This document shows, piece by piece, positions 20,355 through 33,277 of a stretch of DNA of 36,273 nt (its first letter is position 1; every line of letters starts with the position of its first letter). The translations under genes were made by a program, and so were the position numbers. Origin of the DNA: Neovahlkampfia damariscottae (Eukaryota); assembly GCA_016618085.1 (NCBI GenBank), contig JABLTG010000181.1:1-36273 (forward strand). The letters are read 5' to 3'. The notes beneath the pieces were generated by a model. It saw only the letters and a list, made by a program, of their open reading frames with translations. It did not search any database and was not told where the DNA came from.

Positions 20355-21146
20355 TTAGTTATCAATTTTTATTGTGGATATTACAGGTATATGATCAGAT
20401 ACATCTTTATATTCAACGGCAACACGACAATCAACGCAACTAAAATATTTTGATAAAAAAATATTATCATAGGAATTCCACCAATATAATCCCATAAATA
20501 AAGGCCAATACCAAGTAGTTCTATCGTTTGATTTAGTCAAACAATTTGAATATCCTTTTTTTTGCATCCATGACGACAAATCTTCATTAAAATCACCTAA
20601 TATAATTATCTTTTCTGAATCACTGTGTTTAATGTAATATTCAATTTCATTCTTATGTATGATAGTAGACTCATAAAAAAGAATCTTTATATTATCTAAA
20701 TCAATCATTGATCCATTTCCCATTTTCACTGGAGGTCGAAGATGAATATTTATAAATTGAATATCTTGATAAGAAGCAATCATTCCAGAAAAGTATGATC
20801 CTTCCACACCTGGTTGGATATATTTAACATCAACTTTATACTTTGAAAGCATTCCAATTCCTTCAGCACACCAACCATTTTCAGGTGATTTAAAATATTG
20901 ATAAGGGTATTCTTTTGAAAGATATAATTGAAAAATACTTTCAAATCCTTCATGTGACTCTTGAATAAATATAAAATCAGCTTTAGACTCTAATATTGCT
21001 TTAATGACTTCTGATGTCTTTGAATTGTAATCATCTTTTTTGTAGCTGTCACAAATCGCAAAATTGACATTATAAGTCATAAGTTTCAATTGATTTCCTT
21101 TTTTATTTTCAATTGTTTTTAAGGTCTTGGTTTTTGGTTTTGACAT
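20355..21146 (-). CDS. Endonuclease/exonuclease/phosphatase (EEP) family protein
   Basis: MTYNV, ADFIFIQE, NIHL, ILGDFN, YDNIF and SDHIPV. ATG at 21146 preferred because CCAAT lies at 21183-21187. Confidence 0.9.
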   Translation of the reverse strand: MSKPKTKTLKTIENKKGNQLKLMTYNVNFAICDSYKKDDYNSKTSEVIKAILESKADFIFIQESHEGFESIFQLYLSKEYPYQYFKSPENGWCAEGIGMLSKYKVDVKYIQPGVEGSYFSGMIASYQDIQFINIHLRPPVKMGNGSMIDLDNIKILFYESTIIHKNEIEYYIKHSDSEKIIILGDFNEDLSSWMQKKGYSNCLTKSNDRTTWYWPLFMGLYWWNSYDNIFLSKYFSCVDCRVAVEYKDVSDHIPVISTIKIDN

Positions 21147-21215
21147 CTTCAACAAAAATTCTATAAATAAAACAGGTTGATGATTGGTCAATTTATTTCA
21201 TCAGAAATCGATACT

Positions 21216-22332
21216 TCATTCATAATAGTAATAATGGTAAACTGAGTTTCGATGATCATATTCTGAATCCATTTGTGAGTCAGTTATTATGTCCTCTTCT
21301 GTTTCTTCTGTTTCTTCTTGATCATCAGTTATCCATTTTTCATTTTCTTTATGAGATCTAAAATAACTGTAAAATATTCCATCTTTTGAATAAATCTTCT
21401 CTTTTAACCCAAGATTAAAATAAAAGAATGTTTGAATGCAAGAAATTAAAAAAACGATTCTTGTGAAAATGCACATCAAACAATAAAATGTGGTGCTCAC
21501 CTTAACTTCCAGATAATCTCTTTGGTGAATAAATGGACTAATTATGTCAGATTGTGTCCAAACTTTAACAATCATGTACATTAAATGGACTGGTAATATT
21601 AATGAGGCAATTGTAAAGATTCCATGAATTATTTTGTTCTCTCTTCTTACACCAAGAAAAAGTGATATTGGGCCTCCAACAACTAATACAACAAATTCAA
21701 TAATAAACAGTATTCTATTGGCAGGTTGTGATTCAAATGAAATATAAAAAAATCGAATAAAAATGACTACAAAAGCAGCATCTATATCTATCCTCAAAAG
21801 AGTTGAATAAATTTGATAACTTCTATATCCCTCTTTTAAAAAAAATTAAAAAAATTTCAAAAAAAAACTTAAAAGTGAGAAGTAATGTTTTTTACCTTTT
21901 AAGAACTGGTGATGTTCCAACCATGTTAAAGAGTTTCCATTTGAACATTTGATAAACAGGTATAGCTGCTATCAATTGAGAAAACTGAAGAAAAAAATGA
22001 ATTGGAGTTGCTATCAAAAAAACATATTCAGCATAATTAATTGTTGTATAATCCAAATATATTCCGATCAATTGAAAAACAGTTCTTGAACTAAATCAAA
22101 AAATTAGGGTTTTTGAAGTTACAAAATGGATACTGAAATTAAAACAGCTCCAAGAAATTGATACTGGTTTCCTCTTAGTAAAGATTGAAAAATCATAGTA
22201 ACAAAAGTGAAACATCCAAGCAAAAGTGTATATGCTGAACATTTTGATAACGGAGAAGGATTCAATTCCATGCCGTTGAATAATAAAATAGCAGTTTGAG
22301 AACAAAAAATTATTATGACTGTTGAGCAACAT
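21216..22332 (-). CDS. Multi-pass membrane protein of unknown function, multi-exon
   Basis: Several hydrophobic segments, GVRRENK loop and acidic tail; the 5' exon structure is uncertain. Confidence 0.6.
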
Positions 22333-22541
22333 AATAATAAAAAAAGTGAAAAAATTAATGGTGAATTTCTCTTTAAAAATTGATAAATTATTCAGTTCTT
22401 ACTTGTCGTTTCTTTTTTACACAACAAATCATTTTAAACCAATGAAATGGTTTGAAATAATTTAACCTGGAAAATTAAATTCAAAAATTAAAAAGAGAAT
22501 GAAAAACTGTTAGTTTTATTTGTAATAAAATGGTAATTTTA

Positions 22542-23943
22542 TTAGAATTCATCTTCATCTAAATCAAATTCAGAATCAATGTCTTCTTCTTCAATGTTGT
22601 TTTCAACATCCAAAGTGTTGGTGCTGTAGGTTTTTGGATAACCATATCTGAAAAAGAGTTTCTTGACAACATTTGGACTGGAAAAAGTGAATAAGAAATT
22701 TTGAAAATAAACTTACACTGGATCACCAAAATAATTGTTCCATGCATATTGTGCATTGACTCTTCCTGTATCTTTCATATTTTCCATAAAGAATTTAAGG
22801 AATTTAGCTGTGACATCGATTTTATGTGAATCAGTTCCATATTCAACAGAAAGAATTACTGGATATGCTCCTTGATTACTTGGTGGAAAAACTACATGAT
22901 CATGTTCTCCATATTGAACTGCTGCTACTCCATTGAGATAATAATTGAGGTCATATGATGAAGGAAATGAGATTTGACGTGCATAATAAATATACATATC
23001 TTTGTATCTGTTTGGACTGTTGAAAAATGTTAAAAAAAAAAAATTGATATTGTACCTTGGATCTCCGAATAAAGTGTTCCATCCTGGTGCAGTTCCATGA
23101 AATGCGCCATTTCTTGGAGATTGAGAAACCCATTTAGTGAATTTGTTTCTAACGTCAGCAGCCCAATTATTTCCTTCTCCATATTTTGCATCAATGACAG
23201 TTGGGTTATTAACAACTCCTTTTAATCCGTATTCAGGAAAATTTACTTGTCCTTGTTCAGAAATTTTGAGTCTTGGTGCCATCCAAATTGTTGAAGCAGC
23301 TGTGTAGTAGTATGTAATTTTGAATTGTTTTTGAACATTAGGTCTTGAGAAAAATTAAAAAAATAATTTTTCTTTTACTGTGGATCACCATAAACATGAT
23401 GGAAATGGATTAAATGATTTTCGAGTTTTCCATTCACTTGATGTTGAATAAAGTAGTTTCTAAACCACGCTGTCATATCTATGTCATGTCCAGGAGTACC
23501 ATATAATACCTTTTGAATAATCGGAAGTGAAGAACCAGCTACTTCTGGAAATGTAACAGGTTGAAAGTCGTTAAACTTTGATGTGAGATATTTATGAGCT
23601 CTACTGTAGTGAACATCGCCTGAGGAAATTGTATATGGGGCAGCTCTTAATTTTTGTTACTTTTTTGATTTACTTACTGAAAAGGCAATTGTGAGTTTGG
23701 AAGTCTTCCGTTCACATTATTTGTCATAAAGTAACTTTGAAGCCATTGAGTCATGTCTTTTCCATCCCAGGATGCTCCTGTGACGTAGCAGTAGGCTGAA
23801 GAACAAGGATGGACGTCATAATTGTAGAACATCCAAGCTTCACTTGGTTCTTCGTTTTGAAGTGATGTACTTTCGACGGCTGAGACAGGAATATTAGCTG
23901 ATATAAGAGCAGCAAAGGCTAATACAAGGACAACTTTCAACAT
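22542..23943 (-). CDS. Secreted protein with four DUF3395/SUEL-lectin-like repeats and an acidic tail, 5 exons
   Basis: Signal MLKVVLVLAFAALISA; repeats of A.YG....DVT..F...N..FGDP.PN..K....Y. Introns 23646-23677, 23344-23378, 23017-23055 and 22678-22716. Confidence 0.8.
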
Positions 23944-24191
23944 GTCAATTTGATGCAACGAAATGATTGGTTGAAAAATTGCCAAATGAAAATTGTTCAT
24001 AAAGAGATTTTTTGTGCATTGAAGACCAGAAAAAAAAAAACACCAAAATGTCCTTTAATTCGGTCTAAATATTAAAGAAGAGTAACACAGTGATTATTTT
24101 TTGATCAATTTCCAAATATTCCTGGTAAATCACCATTCCTAATCTGGAAATTTTTTCATCAACCAATCAACAAAATTTAACAATTTTCCTC

Positions 24192-25172
24192 ATGTTTCAA
24201 CTAATTTTTTTTGTTTGTTTGATAATTTTCATCTACTTGTATCTAAAAAAAGATGACTCAAAAGAAAAAGAAAAAAGAACATTTATCATTTCAGAATTTT
24301 TAGAAACAGAAAGAACTTATGTTTCAAATTTAAAAATTTTAGTGAATGATTTTTTAGAACCATTAAAAAAAGATCAAAATCTGTTGAAAGAAAATAGCAG
24401 AAAAATAATCTTTGGAAATATTGAAACTGTTTTGAAAATCAATTCATTATTTTTAGAAGATGTTGAATCTATAAAGAATTTTAACTTATTACAACTTTTT
24501 GTGAGAAATAAAGAAGAAATTAATCTTGCAAATATTATATTACACTTTTGTGAATCATTTAAATTGTATTCTACTTATATTTTTAATTACAATTCTTCTT
24601 TAAAAATGTTAAAAGAAGAAAAGAAACAAAATATAAAATTTGTTGAATTTTTACAAAAAATGAAAATGGAATTGAAAAAAAGAGGTGAGAGGATAGTTGA
24701 GATTGATTCATTTTTGATATTACCAATTCAAAGATTACCTAGATATCGAATGTTATTGGATGATTTAAAATCAAAAGTTTCTGATTCATCAACAAAAGAA
24801 AAATTAAATTTAGCTTTACAAAAAGTTTGTGAAGTTACAATTTATGTTAATGATAAACAAAAAGAAGAAGAATTAATTTTGAAAATGATCGAAATTCAAG
24901 AAAAAATCAAAATATCAATCATTGAACCTCATAGAAAATTCGTGAATGAATATGAAGTCATGTTTAAAAAATCAAACCAAAATATGATGATTTATATATT
25001 CAATGACATTATAGTTTATAAATCATCTGGAATTTTGAAAAAAACAAAAAAAATAATGAAAAATGAAATGAACTTCTCATCAATATCAAATGTAGAATTG
25101 AATTTTGATAATTTGACTATACAATTCAAAGATCAATTTACAAAAGAAAAATTTCTTTTAGATATCAAATAA
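24192..25172 (+). CDS. RhoGEF (DH-PH) with an N-terminal membrane anchor
   Basis: EFLETERTYVSNL, IFGNIE, LILPIQRLPRYRMLL, IYIFNDIIVY. Confidence 0.92.
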   Translation: MFQLIFFVCLIIFIYLYLKKDDSKEKEKRTFIISEFLETERTYVSNLKILVNDFLEPLKKDQNLLKENSRKIIFGNIETVLKINSLFLEDVESIKNFNLLQLFVRNKEEINLANIILHFCESFKLYSTYIFNYNSSLKMLKEEKKQNIKFVEFLQKMKMELKKRGERIVEIDSFLILPIQRLPRYRMLLDDLKSKVSDSSTKEKLNLALQKVCEVTIYVNDKQKEEELILKMIEIQEKIKISIIEPHRKFVNEYEVMFKKSNQNMMIYIFNDIIVYKSSGILKKTKKIMKNEMNFSSISNVELNFDNLTIQFKDQFTKEKFLLDIK

Positions 25173-25190
25173 ATTTTATGTCAACAAAAT

Positions 25191-26300
25191 TTAATCATCA
25201 GATAATAAATTCTCCAATGAAAATGGATTCATTTTTTTTTTGTTTTGTTTTTCTTGAAGTTGTTTTAAAAAATTCATATCAATATCATTATCTTCCTTCT
25301 GTTCATTATCTACTTCATCATCTAGATCGATTGGTGTCGAAATTGAAGATCCTTCATTTCTTATTGGAGGTAATTCAAATGGAATTGTATGATTTGTATT
25401 TTTAAATGATGATAATTGTACAGAGTCATCTATTTTTTGGGTAGACCAAACATTTGAATTGTTAATTTGTGGATGATATTGTCTATGTAAATTTGTTGTT
25501 GTTGTTGTTGTTGGTATTGGTATTGGTGACTGATTGTATGAGTTTAGCAACATATTGGATCGAAAAGGCATACTTAAATTTCCATTTTGATGGTTATGTA
25601 TCTGAGTTGGTGGTGGTATTCTTCCTTTCCTGGATTCTCTTGGTTTAAAACCTTGCAATTGAAAATTAGAATAATTTGACATTGGACTATATTGTCCGAG
25701 TAAATATGATGGTGTTTGTGGTGGTGTTTGTTGTGTTTTGAAATTTGTTTTGGGTGGTTGAACTACAGGTGAAAAATTTGATAAATTCAAATAAGAAATA
25801 GTTTGTTTTTCTTCTGGTATTGGGGTTTCAATTGTTGACTCTGAATCTGATAATTCTTTCTTTTTTGTCAATTTATCTTTGTTTGATTTTCTTTTATTTT
25901 TTGATTCATCATCCTTAGATTGGAAAAATTAGGTTATTTTAAAAATTACTGATTTGTCACTATCAGAAATAAAACCAGAGAATGATTCATCAGAAAGAAT
26001 TTCTTCTTCTTCTTCTTTTTCAGATTCTCCTTCAGATTCTTCTTCAATTTTAAATTCTGTAATTTGTTTTGAGCTTCTTGTATTGACAGTTCGTTCATCA
26101 TCTCTTTCTTTTTTTATTTTCTTTGATTTTGGTTCTTCTTTCTCCAGTAAATATTTTTCAATGGGATTCAAAGATGGACTTTTTTTTTTAACTACACTTT
26201 CTTTCTCTTCAAATCTTCAAAAAAAAGATAAATAAAAAAACAGTCTTTACTCTGAATCTGAATCATCATGAAATGAAAATACTTTCCTTTTTCTCACCAT
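25191..26300 (-). CDS. Low-complexity, probably nuclear protein, about 3 exons
   Basis: MVRKRKVFSFHDDSDSE..., acidic/basic tracts, P/Q/N/T-rich region, C-terminal MNPFSLENLL. Confidence 0.7.
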
Positions 26301-26328
26301 TGCACTTTTTAACAAACAAAAAAAACAA

Positions 26329-26333
26329 CCAAT
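26329..26333 (+). promoter_or_regulatory. CCAAT box in a 65-bp bidirectional promoter
   Basis: Lies between ATGs at 26300 (-) and 26366 (+). Confidence 0.6.
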
Positions 26334-26365
26334 AAAATTGCGTCTACAACCAAAACAAAAACTGA

Positions 26366-27979
26366 ATGATAAACACTGCTTTTTTTTCAAGTTTAATTGG
26401 AATACTACCAGCCATATTTATTATACTAAGTTATATTTCATTTAAATCAATAAGAACAAATTTTTTTCGGTTATTAGTCATCAGTTGTATTTTATCACTT
26501 TTTATCAATTTAAATTACATTTTTTCATATTTGGATTTATCAACAAAAAATTATTATATTTGTTTTATTCATGGATTATTTGCTCAATTTATTGAATTAA
26601 CATTCATCATTTATAATATTTGTATCGCTTTTCATTTGATAATAATTTCAACATCCAATAAAATTGAAACAAAAGATGTAAGTTGAAATTAATATTTAAA
26701 ATTGAAATAGTTGATATATATGGAAGTTATTTATGTTATAGCTTCACCTGTTATTTCATTTTTCTTCTCTTTTGTTTTAAGTTTATTAAAAAGTTTTGGA
26801 TTGGCTGAAGAAATGTTTTGCTGGATAACTCATGAATTCTCTGTTTTAAGAATATTATTTTATTATTCATTTTTATGGATACTATTTGTTCTAAATACAT
26901 TTTTGATGATTAGAACACAGCTGATTGGATGGTCAATTGATTCAAAAATATCAATATTAGAAAGAAGTCATGCAACAATTAATATTTTATACCCAATTAT
27001 ATTTTTCATTGTTATGATTGTACCAACTATAAATCGAACATTAGAGACATTTTTACCGACTTCTTTATTCTTAAAAGAGATTCATGCCGCATTTGGTATT
27101 AGATTATTTCCTTGGATAATTTTGTTTTCATATTCAAGTACAAGATATATTCAGTATCCAAAAGATTTAAAATCAATATTTTCAAGTTTAATGTCACTAA
27201 ACTCATTCAATTCTTTTTTAAAAAAGAAGATGAAATCTGAATATTTATTTTGTTATTTTCAAATAGAAAGATACAAAAGAATGTGTGAAATTGAATTGAA
27301 TAATGTTAAAAAAAAAGATGATCCTTCTATAATTTCATCAAAATATGAAATGGCTCATTTGATTTTTAATCGATATTTGGAACTAGATTCAGTATTGGAA
27401 ATTAGAGGTAATTACACAATGATAAAAGAACATTTAGATTCTGGTGATGTTAATTTATTTTATCCAATTCAATGTAAAATAATGAAAGAATTTGATTATT
27501 TATTCATACAATATTTGAAATCAAAAGAGTATTCAACATTAGAAAGAGAAATTGATCAATTTCAAAATGACTCACAACAAATTTTATTTTTTCATTTGTT
27601 ATCTGAATTTTATCAATTGTGGAGAAGAAATATGACAATTTGGAAATCAATAAAGGAAATGTTCACAACAAAGAAAAGAAAAAGGAATGATTATTATGAG
27701 GAAATTGTAGATGAAGAAATTATTGAAAAGAAAAAAATCACAAAAGTAGAAAAGACTCTTCTTCAAGAATATGAAGAATTTGATGAAGATTCGTCAATTT
27801 TAATCAAAGAAAATGAAAAATTGATCAAAATCAAAAGAGGTTCTTTCATTGAATTTGTTGAATCAAAAATTGAAGAATACATTAAAGAAAAATTAGATAT
27901 TAGTCATATTTTTGGTGAAAAAAAAGAAGTAATAGATAATGGTGTGAATAAATTTGAGTTTGAATTTCAAATGAAATAA
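26366..27979 (+). CDS. 7TM receptor (cAMP-receptor-like) fused to an RGS domain
   Basis: Seven hydrophobic segments with ICFIHG.F.QF, FCWI and PTINR; RGS FNSFLKKKMKSEYLFCYFQIERYK...IFNRYLELDSVLEI...YLKSKEY; intron 26678-26710. Confidence 0.85.
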
Positions 27980-27988
27980 AAAATATTT

Positions 27989-30900
27989 TTAATCAATTTC
28001 AATGACATCAATATTATCTGATTTTTTTTCTTCCACAGTTGATGATGAACTTGGTAATGAAGGAGATGATTTTAACTGATGTTTTGATAAATCAGAGAAG
28101 GCAGTTCCAAATGAGAAACCTGATGATTTCTTTTCTTTTTCTTGTAATTTTTTCAAATATTCAAGATCAATATCATCAGTTTGCATTCGTTGTGCTTTCC
28201 TTTTCCGTTCCTCTTCTTCAAGTTTTTTCAAATAAGCAGGATCAATTTCTTGTTGAACTTTAAAATTCTCTTCCATTTTGTTTTGAAAATTTTGTTTCAC
28301 TTGAGGTTGAAATTGATATTTATTTTGGACAAATCTGCCAAATTTTTGATATTCAACCTTTGGTTGATGTAAACTATTTGATAAATTATTCATATGATAA
28401 TCAACACTACTAGTTGGTTGAGATGGTCTCATTGAATTAACTTGAGCTTTAATTTCATCTAATGACATTCCTTGATACTTTCCACCCATAACAAAATCAT
28501 TTTTGGTTTTTGTCATGTTAGAATTTAATGAGCTATTGAGTAAATGATTTTGAGAAAATCTTTTTGCATCTTCATATTCAATTTTAGCACTTGCTTTTTC
28601 AGCTTCAGATATTTTATCATGTGCATCATCAATGAATAAAGATTCATGTTCTAATATTCTATTGATACCAATACCCATTTCAGTTGCTACTTCAATCATT
28701 AATTTATCATCCTTGATCACATCATAGTTCACTTTATTTTCTTCAAGTCTTTTTTGGTTTTGTTCAAAATCATATAAATTCAAATCATCCTTTGATAACA
28801 TTCTTGCAGGTGTTTTTTCATCCACAACTCTTCTAAATAACCATGTTTTACTAATACAACGTTTCCAAATATTTTCTTCAATATCTCCTGCAGAAATGAG
28901 TCTATAAACACAAACAGGCTTTGTTTGACCATATCTATAAGCTCTAAAGATGGCTTGTTGATCTTCTGCTGGATTCCAACAAACATCAAATAATACAATT
29001 CTAGTTGCTGCTTGAAGGTTAATTCCAAGTGAACCAGCTCTTGTTGAAATTAAAAATACTTTCTTTTTTGAATAATTCGAATTAAAATCTTTGATATTTT
29101 TTTCGCGAGTGGTCAAAGAATTACTACCATCCAAGCGAGTATAATCAATACCTTTCCTTAAGTTTTGAGAATTGAATTTTCTTGTTGCAATTAAATCTTC
29201 CATTAAATCTAATGTTGAAGTATACTGACTGAATACTAAGATTTTTTCATTTTTCTCAATGCATTTTTCAATAATTTTAAAAAGAACTTTCATTTTTGAT
29301 GACAAATTGATATCTCTTTCTTTATAGCTTTTATCAAAAACTGGACTTGCCCATTCTAATGGAACATTTAAATCAATTGTTTCTAATTCATCATCAAGTG
29401 ATTTTATTCCTGGAGTTAATGAGTTTTCATCATCATCAGAAGTTATTTCAATTGCACTTCCACTTGTAATTGATGAATTAAAGGATGATTGCGAAACTCC
29501 TTTTCTTTGCATGATTCTTTTTACCATATCAGGATGTGTTTCAATTTTTGATAACCAAGAGACCAATTGAAGAATATTCTTTCTACCATCATCACCCACT
29601 TCTTCATTAATTGCTTCTAAGAATGATTGATATAGCTTTTTTTGGTATTCTGTCAAAGGAACATAAACAACATATTCATGTTTTGAAGGTAAATCTGTTT
29701 TCAAAATTGATTGATCCTTTCTATGTACAAACTGTTTCATTTGTTCTGTTAACAAGAAACTTCTTCGCTTCATTCTGTTGATTTCATAAGTAGAAGCATC
29801 TTTACTTTGTCCATCATTTATTGGATCTGTAAATAGTTCTTTAAATTCTTTCTTTTCCCAGATTGGTCTTACAAAACTTGACATTGTCCAATATTCATTC
29901 AAATTGTTTTGTAATGGTGTTCCTGTTAAAATAATGCGAGAACTAGTCTTTAACTTCATTGTTGCTTTATACAAACTTCCTTTGTCATTTTTAATTTTGT
30001 GACCTTCATCCGCAACAACAAGATCAGCATTCAATAACAACTCTTTACATTTTTGATTTTTTTCTAAATCTTTCTTTGCAGTTGAATTTGCAAATATTGA
30101 AAATAGATTGAAGGAAATAATTAATACTCCTCCCTGTTTAGTCCATCTCTTCATTTGTGATAATCTCTGATCAACTTTGGTCACTGAATCATCTAAATAA
30201 CATGTTAAAAAGAATCAATTGTTAATTACTGATTGGATACGTTGAAAGTCTTGATAAATCTGTTTTTAAACTCCATTTTTTGTATTCAATATCCCAGTTT
30301 TCAACTACACTCTTTGGACATAAAATAAGTATTGTTTTCACGTTCTTTGAACGAAATGCAAGTTCTGTAAATGAACAAACTTGAAGAGTTTTTCCTAAAC
30401 CCATTGAATGAGCTAAAATACATCCTTTTAAAGATTTTTTTTTTGGTGTGATTATATGATCCCACATGAATCTAATTCCTTCAATTTGATGAGGTTTCAA
30501 AATTGAAAAAAGTTCAGGTTGAAAGTAAACAGGTTCATCATCTTCATCTTTTGCAACATTTACTAATCTATCCGCTTTTGGAACGGATTTAAGATTCTTT
30601 TTAATATTTTTTTGTTTTTCTTCATAAAATTTGTGTGCATCTCTTCTTTTATTCAATGATTCTCTGTCAACTTTTTTTGATTTCATAAAGTCAAGGATAG
30701 ATCCTTTTCTATTCGGATTAAGTCCAAATAATGCCTCTTTTTCTTCATCTGAATCAATTTCTATTTTTTTCTTTTTTGGTTTTTTTTCTTCTTCACTTGA
30801 ACTAAAATTTTCAATATCATCATTCACAACTTTCTTTCTTTTCAATTTCTTTGGAATTACAATTTCATCCTCTGAATCTTCTTCATCAAGAAAATCAAGA

Positions 30901-31468
30901 GTATTCTTGTCTGTGAACATTTCTTCGTCTGAATCTTCTTCTTCTGAATCACTTTTGCTTGAACTTTTTGCTCTTGTTTTTCTTTTTGTTTGAATCTTTC
31001 TTTTTGGTTTTACAACATCTTCATCTGTATCTTCTCCAGAAGATGTGTCTGAAGATGAAATAAGAGGATGTCCTCCACTTGAATCTGAACCTAATTGAAT
31101 TGAACTATCTGAGTCACTCTCTGAATTATGTCGTGGTTCTTGGTCTTCTTCAATATCAGAAACAATAAATCCATCTAATGAATCATCAGAATCATCATCA
31201 GATTCTTTTTGAAGTATGAGTGTTCGTTTTCGAGGCTCTTTTTTTGGTTTTTTTGAAACTGTTTTTTTTGCTGTTGATCTTTTTTCATTTTTGGTGTTTG
31301 ATTTTTTCATAAAAGAGCTCAAAGTTGTTTGTTTCTTTTCCTCTTTTTTTATTTTTATTTTTTTTTCCGTTTCTTTGTCTTCGTATTCCTAATTTATGAT
31401 TAAATGAACTTCATGAAACTTACATATTTATCTTGACTATCTAAGTCATAATAATACATGTCAGACAT
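27989..31468 (-). CDS. SNF2-family ATPase, ATRX/RAD54L2-like, 3 exons
   Basis: LKPHQIEGIRFMW, GCILAHSMGLGKTLQV, DEGHKIKN, LTGTPLQNNL, ISTRAGSLGINL, WNP..DQQAIFRAYRYGQTKPV. Confidence 0.93.
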
Positions 31469-31608
31469 ATTTATTATTTTTGTTCAAAAAAAAAAGTAAA
31501 AAGAATTGGATTGGTTGAAAATTCCGCCAATTCATTCGCCAAATAAATTCAATTTTCACTGGAAAACTATCATTCTGATTAAAATGCTAAAATATAATTG
31601 AATATTTA

Positions 31609-32875
31609 TTAGTTAGTGTCAGTTCCAACAAAATGTTGGATCAAAGAACAATTACCTTCTAATTTTGCTTCTTCCAAAGAATTATCTTTTTCTTCATTCA
31701 AATTTTTTTTTGGATAAGAAATTAATAAATCAAAATCATTAACTTCTAAACTTGTTGTCCTAGAAATCCATACATAAATATCTGAAACTTTTTGAGTTGG
31801 ATTAAAAATTCCTTTCACTTTTTCTCCATTAACTAATTGAATTTGAACATTACATGTAGGTTTTGAATCATCAAATTTGGTATCCACATCCTTTTGAACT
31901 TTAATTTCTATTTTCTTTCCTAAAGTTACAGAATTTTGAGAATGAGTATTTTTGGCGTCTTTAATAAAATCAAGCATAACTTGAACATATTTCTCTAACC
32001 CAAGAACTTCAATCATATCATGATGATCAGCTTGATCAATCCACAAACTAAAAATAGAAATTTAATACTTTAATTGCCTCAAACCCTTTCCATTTGTATC
32101 GATCTTGTACTCCTGCATAAAGCTCAATACCATGTTGTTGAGCAATAACTTGATCAACACTTCCATGTAATATAAAAACAGGTGATGTTACTTTTCCAAT
32201 TTTATTGATATTGACAAACTGTAGTTTTAAAAACTATTTTTTAAGATTTACCATGTCTATTGGCCTGAGAAGCATATTATTAGTTACAACTCTAACACAA
32301 CTTAAAAATGGACATTCCAAAATTAAACCTAAAAGATCTTTTTCTTTTGAAGCAAGATGACAAGATGGTCCTGACCCAACTGAAGTTCCGAAAATTATTA
32401 TATCTTTATTGTTGATTCCTTGGTCATGAAGAAACTAATTTCTTTTAAAAAATTAAAAAGTTACATCTAAAGCAGCTTCTGCTGACTCATAAGTTGATTC
32501 TTCACTTGGAAAACCATAAGTATCTTTTGTAAGACCATATCCAATGTAATCATAATGTAAAACATTTACACCCAATTTATCATAAAGTAAAACCAAAAAA
32601 TCAAACATACCACCAATATCTGCTGCATTTCCATGACTGTACAATATGGTAGTGTTTGTTTTTCTTTTTTTTTTCATTAGAATTTGAAAATTAAAACAAT
32701 ACCTTTTTTTATGTTGCAACCAATAAGCTGGAATTTTTTTATCTGTTTTTGTTTTTATCCAGGTAACCTGATAAGGACTCGTTTCTGTATAAGTTGGATT
32801 TGGTGGCATAAATACATATTTTGAAATAACACCGTTACCTAAAAAAAGTTAACCTCAAGTTCATAACATACCCAT
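31609..32875 (-). CDS. ABHD17-like alpha/beta hydrolase with a C-terminal UBX domain, multi-exon
   Basis: TILYSHGNAADIG, YDYIGYG, GTSVGSGP, HGSVDQVI, ADHHD; UBX-like TCNVQIQLVNGEKVKGIFN...VSDIY...FDLLISYPKK...SLEEAKL. First coding exon is the 4 nt ATGG. Confidence 0.85.
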
Positions 32876-32974
32876 TTTTTTTTAGTTCAGGAACTTTTAA
32901 CCAATAAAAATAACGAATTTTTTGTTGTGGAAATTTTTATTGTTTTTTTTTTTTACAGTCGATTTCAAAGTGGA

Positions 32975-33277
32975 TTACCTTTCCAAAAATTCTTCTTCAT
33001 CAAAAAGATCACCAAAGTCTGTTAGGAAAATTTAGTTTGAAATTTTTTTCTCACCGTTATAGAAATCTTTGTCAACTATGTTCTTTTCAGATGGTTTTGT
33101 ACCATTCAGAGATTCTTCATCTTCGTAATAGTCTTCTTCCATCATTAAATCATCATCCGCAAAAGGTTCTTCAAAATGTCCATTCAGAACCTCTATTTCT
33201 TCTTCTTTTGTTCTACTTTTCTTCAGAGGTGACAATCTTTCATCTCTTTTACGTTTTTCAGAGTGTCTATTATTCAT
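32975..33277 (-). CDS. COPS9: COP9 signalosome subunit 9 (CSNAP/MYEOV2)-like acidic micro-protein, 2 exons
   Basis: Splicing out ~33019-33054 gives ...KDFYNDFGDLFDEEEFLER*, matching the CSNAP F/D-rich motif DFFNDFEDLFDDDD. Confidence 0.65.

Noticed and set aside
25494..25530. (gtt)n / (ggtatt)n microsatellite
   Set aside because: Encodes the PIPIPTTTTT low-complexity tract of the minus-strand gene.
30631..30993. Ser/Phe-rich antisense ORFs (also 25954-26235, 7749-7985, 13386-13652, 18663-18875 and others)
   Set aside because: Shadow ORFs opposite Glu/Lys-rich real genes, with no independent coding signal.
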